A stretch of DNA of 64,000 nucleotides from Candidatus Latescibacterota bacterium (GTDB taxonomy: Bacteria; Latescibacterota; UBA2968): the NCBI GenBank assembly GCA_965204375.1, contig OZ241986.1, forward strand, positions 3,936,001 to 4,000,000, written 5' to 3'. The notes under the pieces were generated by a model. The model saw nothing but the letters and a program-made list of their open reading frames with translations. It made no database searches and was not told where the DNA came from. Made by a program: the position numbers and the translations under genes. Positions 1 through 8,199 of this stretch are shown here, piece by piece (position 1 is the stretch's first letter; each line of letters opens with the position of its first letter).

Positions 1-1635
1 CAACCGTTGGACAATCAAGCCCATCAGTGTTGTGCCACCAGTCATGTTGGCTACGATCTCGTCGGCATTTAACAAATGGGTACGAGCCTGTTCTGCTGAC
101 GTCTTAATCTCGGAAAAACCACCGTGTGGATCGGTCAGAATAATCTGATCAATGTCACCGCCAAAGCCCGCATGTTTGGCGGCGTTACAAATACTACTTG
201 ATGATGTGGCTGAGCAAATCACCAGGCAGGTACCAGGCTCAGCGACTTTTAACGCCGAAAACAATACGCCGGGTCTTGTTCCTTGCGGTGAAAGCAACAA
301 CCGACCGCCGCCACCACCCAATTGCGGCAGAGCAATATGTTCCGCTTTCAGTTGATCCCAAAACATCTGAACCGATTCAAGATATCCTGGTGGCTGTTCA
401 AGAGGATCGTAGCGCATGCCATGATGGTGTAGTATATTGCGTAGGTCTGCGAGTTGATTCCAGAAGTCGCCGAACGCCTTCTGCTTACAGGTTCTGATAG
501 CTTTGAACGCCTCATCTCTGGCAAATGCGCCGAGGGCACCGAGGCGGCGTTCATACCGCAAGCGCACATCTCGGTCCAACCACTTTTCGACCTCTTCGGG
601 ATTTCCGGATTTCAATATGGCCCAGGAAACCACCCACTCACGCATTAGACCAATAGCCAACGGAAATTGACCGCGCTCCAGGTACAAATCAATCATGCCA
701 GCTTGACGAGCCAGTTCATCTTTATCTATAGTAACTGTCTTTTTCCATTGATCCTTTGGGGGTGACTTTACAAAGGCCGTTTTGTCAGCAACGCTGACGA
801 TAGCGTCCGTTAGTTCTTTAGCGAGCGGCGGAAGATTGGGAGAATCTATGTCAGGAAGGGTGCAAATCGCATCAACGAGCACCCGACTGGCCTTTCGCAA
901 TTCCAGCGGCAAAGCGGACTCATAGGCAAAGGCGTGCTTCCCCAGTGACTCAACTGAATTATTGACTTGATTGAATTGAGCGTTCCATTTTTTCCCCTCA
1001 CTCATATTACCAGCTTTGAACAGTGCGACTTTTTTTTCGTTTAACATATCTGCCAACGGCTTAAGAAGTTGCGCTACAGGCTCAGTCGTCCCCTGGTCTC
1101 GGAACATCCGCACCGCGTGAAACCACTCTGGCAATTCGAGTAATGGCCGCAAGTCAATGATGGGTTTGGGATCGGCAGTCTCGACCATGCCATAGTAGGC
1201 ACCGCGAATTTTCACGCCGCGGAGCGATGTGAGATAGAGTACCAGAGCGTAAAAGATGAACGGAAAGTGCCGGAACCCCTGTGTAACATCAAGCGTGAGT
1301 TCCGCGCCTTCTGGAATTTTTTGGGCTACCTTTTCGAGAATCTCACGGATCTCGTCGGGACTTTTTCCGTCGGGAATATCAATTGCTTCGGGTTTAATTT
1401 CAAGGATGGTGCTAATTTCCGTCTTAAAAACCGGCCATGTTTTATCCCTGGCTCCATCTGTGACCATCGCGACAACGCGATTGGGTTGTTGCAATGAGTC
1501 GAAAAATTGCACCAAAGCCAGTGGGGTGAGCGGTGCGGTAGCTGTTTTACCATTCCACTGGTATTCTGTTGGGATGGCATTCATTCCCAGACTGGTCAGT
1601 AGAATATGCTTATTTTCGTGTGTTTCTTCTTCCAA
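1..1635 (-). CDS. csx1: Csx1/TM1812-like CARF-HEPN ribonuclease with an additional C-terminal CARF domain (3' end beyond window)
   Basis: Not in the ORF track; translated by hand. TTG at 1635 follows AAGGAG and the frame stays open to base 1. N-terminal 'ILLTSLG...LDVTQGFRHFP...AYYG...IIDL' is a DxTHG-type CARF; HEPN motif 'RNILHH' at ~421-441; poly-Gly linker, then 'LLLSPQGTRPGVLFSAL...ANMTGGTTLM' (second CARF). Confidence 0.85.
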   Translation of the reverse strand, partial: MEEETHENKHILLTSLGMNAIPTEYQWNGKTATAPLTPLALVQFFDSLQQPNRVVAMVTDGARDKTWPVFKTEISTILEIKPEAIDIPDGKSPDEIREILEKVAQKIPEGAELTLDVTQGFRHFPFIFYALVLYLTSLRGVKIRGAYYGMVETADPKPIIDLRPLLELPEWFHAVRMFRDQGTTEPVAQLLKPLADMLNEKKVALFKAGNMSEGKKWNAQFNQVNNSVESLGKHAFAYESALPLELRKASRVLVDAICTLPDIDSPNLPPLAKELTDAIVSVADKTAFVKSPPKDQWKKTVTIDKDELARQAGMIDLYLERGQFPLAIGLMREWVVSWAILKSGNPEEVEKWLDRDVRLRYERRLGALGAFARDEAFKAIRTCKQKAFGDFWNQLADLRNILHHHGMRYDPLEQPPGYLESVQMFWDQLKAEHIALPQLGGGGGRLLLSPQGTRPGVLFSALKVAEPGTCLVICSATSSSSICNAAKHAGFGGDIDQIILTDPHGGFSEIKTSAEQARTHLLNADEIVANMTGGTTLMGLIVQRL

Positions 1636-1656
1636 GAGTAACTCCTTTCCTGAGAT

Positions 1657-3342
1657 TTACAAACTCCCGTTTTTCTTCTCCGAATGAATCCCGCGATGGC
1701 AAGTTTTGCAGACAATGAGGGTCTTTCGCTTTCGCGCGATCATTTCTCGCATCCATTTGTTCTCTGGTACTCGCCCCTGTCTATGGACGAGTTTTCGGAT
1801 ATGATGCACTTCCACATGGCCTGCTACGCCGCAGCATTCGCACTGGTTTGACAGCAGGCGTTGGATGAGTTCTACCCCCTTGCACCACATCGCCCTGTTC
1901 TGGTCATGAACCGCAAGAAATATCCCTTCTCTCGGCCTCAACGGAAAGCCGCCAAAGCGCGCCATCCGAGGTTGTCCATCTTCACACAACACCGGCACCT
2001 CCACACACGTTTGAGGACCATAAGGCGTTTGTATGGTCGCCTTATACTGCTTCACAAGTTGATTCACATGTGTCTTGTGTTTTTTCGCAAGCGTCTTGAG
2101 CAACGACGAACTCATCACCCAGCGCAATACATTTAAGATATGGACATTGTGTGCCAAAAGGTAGTATTGCACATATCCGACATATCGACTCTGAAAAAGA
2201 CTGATGATTTCCCAATCGCTGTCATGGAGCAGTTCAGCGCGGTATGTGATGCGCCCGCGTTTTTGATACAGGCTACACTTCTCTTTTACAGCTTTTTTAG
2301 GCACACTGAGACTCAAGGTATTTTGAGTTGCGCCATTCAGATTTTTAATTTCGTATCCGAGAAAAAAAGCACTCTCTGTCCGACAGTGGGTAATTGCAGT
2401 CTTGTCCTCTGAAAGCTCCAATCTCAGCGTCTCTCGCAAAAATGCTTTGAGACATTCTTTGATCTCTTTTGCCTCTGCCTTTCGCCCGGTAAAACCGATC
2501 AAAAAATCGTCGGCATATCGGATATAGCGAATACGTCTGAAACTGGGACCCTGAGCATCCAATATGGTCAGGATTCTTTGCAACTCCTCTGGGGTTTTCC
2601 AACTCGCCTCTATGCGTTTCTCGCCCGTTGTGTACAGGGGCACAAGCGTATTTTCGACAAACTGATCCAACCTGCCGAGATAGATATTTGCGAGAAGTGG
2701 ACTGATGGGACCGCCTTGTGGCGTACCCCTCAGCGTAGGTTCGTAACGCCCATGCGCGATGCATCCGGCCTTGAGCAACTCTCCGATTAAGTCGATAAAC
2801 CGATCATCGTGAATTTTCTCTTTCAAAATAGACAGCAGGCACTCGTGATCTATGCTGTCAAAGCACGCTTTGATATCGCCCTCAATAAAATAGTCTATGT
2901 CTTTCCATCTCGAAATTTCCGCGAGTGCAGAATGGCAACCTCGCTGAGGCCGAAATCCGTGGGACAGGTCACTAAACTGGGGATCATAATAAGCATCCAG
3001 CAGAGATCGCATAACCTCTTGCACCAGTTTATCCGACCAAACAGGTATGCCGAGCGGACGCCGCCCGCCATTTTTCTTCGGAATATAGATGCGCTTGACA
3101 GGCGTCCATTGATATCGCTCGCAGCGGAATGCCTCAATGAGGGCATTGATTTTCGCCATAGACATGCCATCTGTGGTTTCTCGTGTGATGCCTTGCGTGG
3201 TCGCGCCAGCTTTTCGATACAGCCGTCCATAAGCGCGTAAAAAGAGGTCCGGGTTGTAGAGGTGTCGATAAATGTTCTCAAGGGGCAAATTTTGTCTGCC
3301 TCTTTTCTGTATGGCTTTTAATACGGGTTCCGCGATCTTCAC
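1657..3342 (-). CDS. Group II intron-type reverse transcriptase/maturase with C-terminal HNH-like endonuclease domain
   Basis: RT motifs 'RPLGIP..DKLVQ', 'SHGFRP.RGCH', 'EGDIK.CFD', 'GTPQGG.ISPLLANIYL', 'YADD'; domain X region; C-terminal 'CECCG..VEVHH..CKTCH..IH'. Confidence 0.92.
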   Translation of the reverse strand: MKIAEPVLKAIQKRGRQNLPLENIYRHLYNPDLFLRAYGRLYRKAGATTQGITRETTDGMSMAKINALIEAFRCERYQWTPVKRIYIPKKNGGRRPLGIPVWSDKLVQEVMRSLLDAYYDPQFSDLSHGFRPQRGCHSALAEISRWKDIDYFIEGDIKACFDSIDHECLLSILKEKIHDDRFIDLIGELLKAGCIAHGRYEPTLRGTPQGGPISPLLANIYLGRLDQFVENTLVPLYTTGEKRIEASWKTPEELQRILTILDAQGPSFRRIRYIRYADDFLIGFTGRKAEAKEIKECLKAFLRETLRLELSEDKTAITHCRTESAFFLGYEIKNLNGATQNTLSLSVPKKAVKEKCSLYQKRGRITYRAELLHDSDWEIISLFQSRYVGYVQYYLLAHNVHILNVLRWVMSSSLLKTLAKKHKTHVNQLVKQYKATIQTPYGPQTCVEVPVLCEDGQPRMARFGGFPLRPREGIFLAVHDQNRAMWCKGVELIQRLLSNQCECCGVAGHVEVHHIRKLVHRQGRVPENKWMREMIARKRKTLIVCKTCHRGIHSEKKNGSL

Positions 3343-3411
3343 GACGCATCTCTTGATTGTTTTTAAGTATTGAAAGGTCTGTATTAGAGACCTAAAAACC
3401 CTGACCGACTG

Positions 3412-4736
3412 GTTTCAATCCCCTAAAAATCGGGTCAAGTGTTCTGCTGAGTTTTCTCACTCAATTCAAACGTTTGACCATCCCCGTGTTTCAATCCCCT
3501 AAAAATCGGGTCAAGTGTTCTGCTTGACAGCTCCTCAGCCCGCGTAAATCAGTAGGTAGTAGTGTTTCAATCCCCTAAAAATCGGGTCAAGTGTTCTGCT
3601 CCCCTTTATATATCAGACATACGAGATCTGATTTCTTTGTTTCAATCCCCTAAAAATCGGGTCAAGTGTTCTGCTGTGTTTTAGATAATTTTTTAGATGC
3701 TGATTGATAATTACGTTTCAATCCCCTAAAAATCGGGTCAAGTGTTCTGCTATGCTCGCTGTCTATTACACCTCGAAAGGAAGACATCAAGTTTCAATCC
3801 CCTAAAAATCGGGTCAAGTGTTCTGCTGATTCTGACACACCACCGGGACGATGTTGTTGTATGCTGTTTCAATCCCCTAAAAATCGGGTCAAGTGTTCTG
3901 CTCGGAAGCCATCACTCTTCTCATATTTTTTGCGTACTATCGTTTCAATCCCCTAAAAATCGGGTCAAGTGTTCTGCTTCCCCATATGACATCACATTCA
4001 CACGCGGAGGAATCGTCCGTTTCAATCCCCTAAAAATCGGGTCAAGTGTTCTGCTTTGTTGTGTTGGAAATGGGCTTTGCTCTCTCAGCAACGTTTCAAT
4101 CCCCTAAAAATCGGGTCAAGTGTTCTGCTTCCTCGTACGAGAGCACAATTCATAAGCTCGTCAACAAGTTTCAATCCCCTAAAAATCGGGTCAAGTGTTC
4201 TGCTATGAACAAATTATTCGCAATTGCAACAGCTGTCGTTATGTTTCAATCCCCTAAAAATCGGGTCAAGTGTTCTGCTGCACCCGAACCTTCCAAACAG
4301 CGGGGTTGCTGAGAGAGGTTTCAATCCCCTAAAAATCGGGTCAAGTGTTCTGCTTTGCGCGTGTGCATATCAAATCAAACCCGATGACTCCAAATGGTTT
4401 CAATCCCCTAAAAATCGGGTCAAGTGTTCTGCTATCGATGGCGAATTGAGCGATAACGAAATGTACGTGCTCGTTTCAATCCCCTAAAAATCGGGTCAAG
4501 TGTTCTGCTCTGAAGCACTGGATATCCAGGTAGTGCAGCGAGAGATGTGTTTCAATCCCCTAAAAATCGGGTCAAGTGTTCTGCTGAAATCCGAATAAAC
4601 CGCAAACAGGAGCTGGTGATATGGGTTTCAATCCCCTAAAAATCGGGTCAAGTGTTCTGCGTGCAGAGGACCAGGCTAATTATGATCGTCGTTGGCCAAG
4701 TTTCAATCCCCTAAAAATCGGGTCAAGTGTTCTGCT
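3412..4736 (-). CRISPR. CRISPR array, 18 repeats and 17 spacers (37-42 bp)
   Basis: 37-bp repeat GTTTCAATCCCCTAAAAATCGGGTCAAGTGTTCTGCT on +, i.e. AGCAGAACACTTGACCCGATTTTTAGGGGATTGAAAC on -, ending in the canonical ATTGAAAC handle. All copies are identical except one terminal base at 4661. Confidence 0.99.
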
Positions 4737-4997
4737 CGCTCCTTTCTAACTCGCTGAGTCACAATTTGTTTGAGAGCCTGTTGCGACTCAGGCCATATTG
4801 ACAGGCGTACGCCCATCCATTTTGATTCAACCATTGCAATCCCATTCTGATAATCCCTTGTAGGACAAGAAATTACAAATTCGCGACCCAGAATAGGATG
4901 AAATGATTTACCTAATTTCCACTGCTTAAAAGCAGTATCAATCCAATGCGCCATATTGACAACCTCTTTTTAATCAGAGTCGCGAAGCTCCGGATAT
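4737..4997 (-). promoter_or_regulatory. CRISPR leader
   Basis: Relatively AT-rich 261 bp between the cas2 stop and the first repeat; contains the palindrome ACTGCTT-AA-AAGCAGT (4921-4936). Confidence 0.75.
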
Positions 4998-5276
4998 TCA
5001 AACAATAATATGATCTTTTTCATCCTGCGGAGGTGAACCACCTGTAAACTCGATTTTGCTCTCGCATGCGCGGCACAGCGTATAATAGCGCACCAGATCA
5101 CCCTCTGCAAGACCAATTTCACTCATGCGCTGCCGCAACTCGACAAATTGCCGTTCGCCAATGCGACACTCGAACACACTCTTTTGCACCCGCGTTCCAA
5201 AAGCCTCCAGCACCCGCGTCGCCTGCCTGCGCGTGCGGTCAGAACTAATATCAAAGCAAATGGTCACAAACATCAA
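4998..5276 (-). CDS. cas2: CRISPR-associated endonuclease Cas2
   Basis: 92 aa, 'FDIS.DR.R...L..FG.RVQKSVFEC'; overlaps the cas1 stop. Confidence 0.97.
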   Translation of the reverse strand: MMFVTICFDISSDRTRRQATRVLEAFGTRVQKSVFECRIGERQFVELRQRMSEIGLAEGDLVRYYTLCRACESKIEFTGGSPPQDEKDHIIV

Positions 5277-6271
5277 CGCACCAGAAAAGCCCTGTATTGG
5301 GCCTCCTCACCCAGAATCACCCGGGCCAATCGGCGCACCTGATATTCAAGGCAACGCCGGTAAGAAATCCGCTCCACCCGCTCGCCCCCCACGGGATAGG
5401 TCACACGGTCTTCAAGACGTCTCTGGTACCCCTCAATCAACCGCTTGCGGCCCTCTCCCTGCAAAAATACACCCCCATCTCGCGCTTCAAAATCCTCGCT
5501 CTGCACCCGGTTGTGGTTGATCAAATCCAGCACCAGCGCATCCACCAGCACGGGCCGAAACTCCTCCATCAAATCCAGTGCCAGAGAAGGACGCCCATAG
5601 TCAACCACATGCAGAAAACCCAGATACGGGTCGAGACCAACAAGATAAATCGCGCCTTCCACACTATTGCCCAGCAACGCATACCCAAAGCTGAGCAACG
5701 CATTAACCGGGTCTCTGGGCGGACGTCTGTTGCGTCCCTTAAACGCGAATCCTTCGGGAAAAAAAGTCCCAAGCACGCCAAAATAAGCCGCGGTGCCCGC
5801 CCCCTCAATGCCGCGCAAAGTTTCGGCATTGGTAGCCTGTCCCACCTGCTGAATTGACCGACGCAATCTATGGGCCACTGTCCCCACATCCACCTTGCGC
5901 CGCCGCGCCAGACGCATAAGCAGGGTTCGCATATTGCGGAGTTTTCCCTCTACCACAGCCCGCGCCACACGCAGACGAAACGGCTCATCTTCATAGCACT
6001 TGAACTGCTTTTGTCGCAACACCACATTGCGCCGCGCAGGCCCCACCAGCCGTCCCCGATACCGCCCATTGATACTTAAAAAAACCGTATCCACCCCTTG
6101 TTCGAGCAACGTACTCATCGCCGGAGCCGAAAGCGCGATTTGCCCCATAAGCACCACCTGCTCCAGATCGTGCAAATGCACCTCAACCAGAACTTGCTTG
6201 CGTCGCCGCACTTGCAAACGCTCCCCCCGGCGATAAACCCCCGCACCCTGATCTGTCACATAGAGAATCAC
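5273..6271 (-). CDS. cas1: CRISPR-associated endonuclease Cas1
   Basis: 'LRGIEG...YF', 'R.RRPP.DPVNALLSFGY', 'GFLH', 'SLALDLMEEFR'. Confidence 0.98.
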   Translation of the reverse strand: MILYVTDQGAGVYRRGERLQVRRRKQVLVEVHLHDLEQVVLMGQIALSAPAMSTLLEQGVDTVFLSINGRYRGRLVGPARRNVVLRQKQFKCYEDEPFRLRVARAVVEGKLRNMRTLLMRLARRRKVDVGTVAHRLRRSIQQVGQATNAETLRGIEGAGTAAYFGVLGTFFPEGFAFKGRNRRPPRDPVNALLSFGYALLGNSVEGAIYLVGLDPYLGFLHVVDYGRPSLALDLMEEFRPVLVDALVLDLINHNRVQSEDFEARDGGVFLQGEGRKRLIEGYQRRLEDRVTYPVGGERVERISYRRCLEYQVRRLARVILGEEAQYRAFLVR

Positions 6272-8199
6272 CCCAGGTCAACCTCCACCTGGAAACGCCC
6301 CTCTCCATCGCGGCGCAAAATCCACCCACCAGCCCGCAGTTCATCCCGATCTGCCGAAGTAATGGCATAGTGCAGATCGTCTTCGAGTTGCGCCAACTCG
6401 CGTTTCAGTCGTTGGTAATCCCGCTGCAAATTCACGTATTTATCCACCAGAGGCCCGTGGCGGTCTGCACTCTGTGACCGGCCTCTGGTAAACGTTGAAT
6501 CGAGATGCAACAGCGGAGAAGGATACCCTCCTTCGGGCAAATCGAACACACACGCGCAATTAACCGTCGAAGTGACCTCGGGAAGACGCTGGCGGATCCT
6601 GGGACAACTGATGGGAGAGGGCGGCGTGCGATCAATCTGCTGCTGAGTGATGGTCTCGGAGTAATCGAGACAATGCCCTATGATACTGTGGATCAACCGT
6701 CCCCCACCGTCGTCCAAATGCCCCAAAATGCACTTGAGCACCAACCGCTCGTCGTGTGTGAGATGATGCGTAACCACGGCTTTTTCCATTAGCGCGACCA
6801 GCACCGGACACCCCTTGAAAAGAGCCTCGTATTCGGGAAAATCTGCTTGCAGAGTTTGCACTGACCCGGCCGTACCACCTTGTGCGGGCGGAGCCACCAG
6901 ACGGGACACGGCCTGCTCAAAAGCCCCTCGCTCAACCTGTTGGATGCGCTGGAGAAAACCTTCCTGATCGCTATACTCCTGTCCGTCCAGATCGGTAAAC
7001 AAACACCTGCGTCCGGTTTTCAGATGAATCCCCAGCGGCAACTTGATCAAATTGCCCAGTTGATCTTCGGCGACTTGCTCTTGCTTGGGAAAAACTTCCC
7101 ACTGGAGTTCTGGCCCCGGCGGACCGACCCGCTGGACAACCGCCTCTAAAAAACGCTTCACCACTGCTGCGGGCACTGGCTCAGCAAAAAAAAGCCACAG
7201 ATGCACCCCCTTATATCCACTATCTTCCACATAAACCGGCAGGTGTAAGTCTTCGAACTGCCGCGCCAGCCGCCGGGCGTCTGCCAGCACCAACTCTTGA
7301 AGTCGAGCAGAAATGGGCTGACCCGCCTCGCCCGCTTTCAGGGCACTTTTGCGGATATCGATATCAATAGCCCCGAAAAGCACGGTCTGGTCTGCCCGCA
7401 CCGGGTACACGCCCAGAGTCGCCGTACCTTGCAGATGCAGAGCCAACAGATGATCGGCGAGAGGCTCCTGTAGCGGACTGTACCCAACCCGACCATTCTC
7501 ATCTATCCACTGCCGCGCATGCACCCCTTCCCGCCCGGCAAACAAGACCCGCATCCGCCGCGCGGCATCCTCTCCAGAAGGCACCTCGCTACTCGGCAAT
7601 TGTGCCAATTCTCGCATCCGCGCCATCACCACCTGAAGCGCGGTCTGCGCCTCCTCATTATTCGGATCGCACGCCAGACCCCGCTCATAAGCATCTGCGG
7701 CCAGCCCCCACAACTCGTCTTCGACATAGCACTGCGCCAGTTCAAAAGCAACCGCAGCGTGATCTGGACTCACCCGCAGGGCGCGCTGCAACAAACCCAC
7801 GGCCCGGTCCCGCTCGCCACGTTCCAAGCAGATCAGACCCAGCCTGTAGAGTACCACACCATTTTCAGGCGCCCGTTTTAGCAGATCTTCATAGATCTGC
7901 ACCGCCGTTTCCAATTCTTCTACTTCCTCGGCGATCAGACCCCACTCGACATAGTGTTCATCGCAGGGCAACTGGCCGCGGTACGCGATGCGGTCGCGCA
8001 CCTTGTCGGGTTCGTTCCGCCCCAGCCACACCCGCGCCATCAACTGATGCGCTGGCACACTAACCGGATCGGTCACCAGTACATCGGCACACAAACTCTC
8101 GGCGCGATCAAATTCCCCATCCTCAATATGCTGCCGCGCCTGATCCAACATATCCTGTATATCCGCCAAACGTATATCCCTCACAAAATCTCGTAGCAC
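6268..8199 (-). CDS. CRISPR-associated primase-polymerase (CAPP; TPR + AEP + Cys-rich PriL-like C-terminus)
   Basis: N-terminal TPR repeats; AEP motifs 'DID', 'SGYKGVH', 'GNLIKLP'; C-terminal Cys at GCP, HCLDY, ISC, CAC; overlaps both cas6 and cas1. Confidence 0.9.
   Translation of the reverse strand: MLRDFVRDIRLADIQDMLDQARQHIEDGEFDRAESLCADVLVTDPVSVPAHQLMARVWLGRNEPDKVRDRIAYRGQLPCDEHYVEWGLIAEEVEELETAVQIYEDLLKRAPENGVVLYRLGLICLERGERDRAVGLLQRALRVSPDHAAVAFELAQCYVEDELWGLAADAYERGLACDPNNEEAQTALQVVMARMRELAQLPSSEVPSGEDAARRMRVLFAGREGVHARQWIDENGRVGYSPLQEPLADHLLALHLQGTATLGVYPVRADQTVLFGAIDIDIRKSALKAGEAGQPISARLQELVLADARRLARQFEDLHLPVYVEDSGYKGVHLWLFFAEPVPAAVVKRFLEAVVQRVGPPGPELQWEVFPKQEQVAEDQLGNLIKLPLGIHLKTGRRCLFTDLDGQEYSDQEGFLQRIQQVERGAFEQAVSRLVAPPAQGGTAGSVQTLQADFPEYEALFKGCPVLVALMEKAVVTHHLTHDERLVLKCILGHLDDGGGRLIHSIIGHCLDYSETITQQQIDRTPPSPISCPRIRQRLPEVTSTVNCACVFDLPEGGYPSPLLHLDSTFTRGRSQSADRHGPLVDKYVNLQRDYQRLKRELAQLEDDLHYAITSADRDELRAGGWILRRDGEGRFQVEVDLG

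Noticed and set aside
1657-3342. RT as retron, DGR or complete mobile group II intron
   Set aside because: Motifs are intron-IEP type; I saw no msr/msd inverted repeats, TR/VR pair or room for ribozyme domains.
3742-4487. ORFs across the CRISPR array
   Set aside because: They are translations of repeats and spacers.
3449-4699. Self-targeting spacers; ATGCT overlap between spacers 3752-3790 and 3828-3865
   Set aside because: No match to the window was noticed by eye (not exhaustive), and a 5-6 nt overlap is within chance.
4703-4954. 83-aa ORF in the leader with an AGAGG upstream
   Set aside because: It ends inside the first repeat and has no recognisable motif; most likely a chance ORF in the leader.
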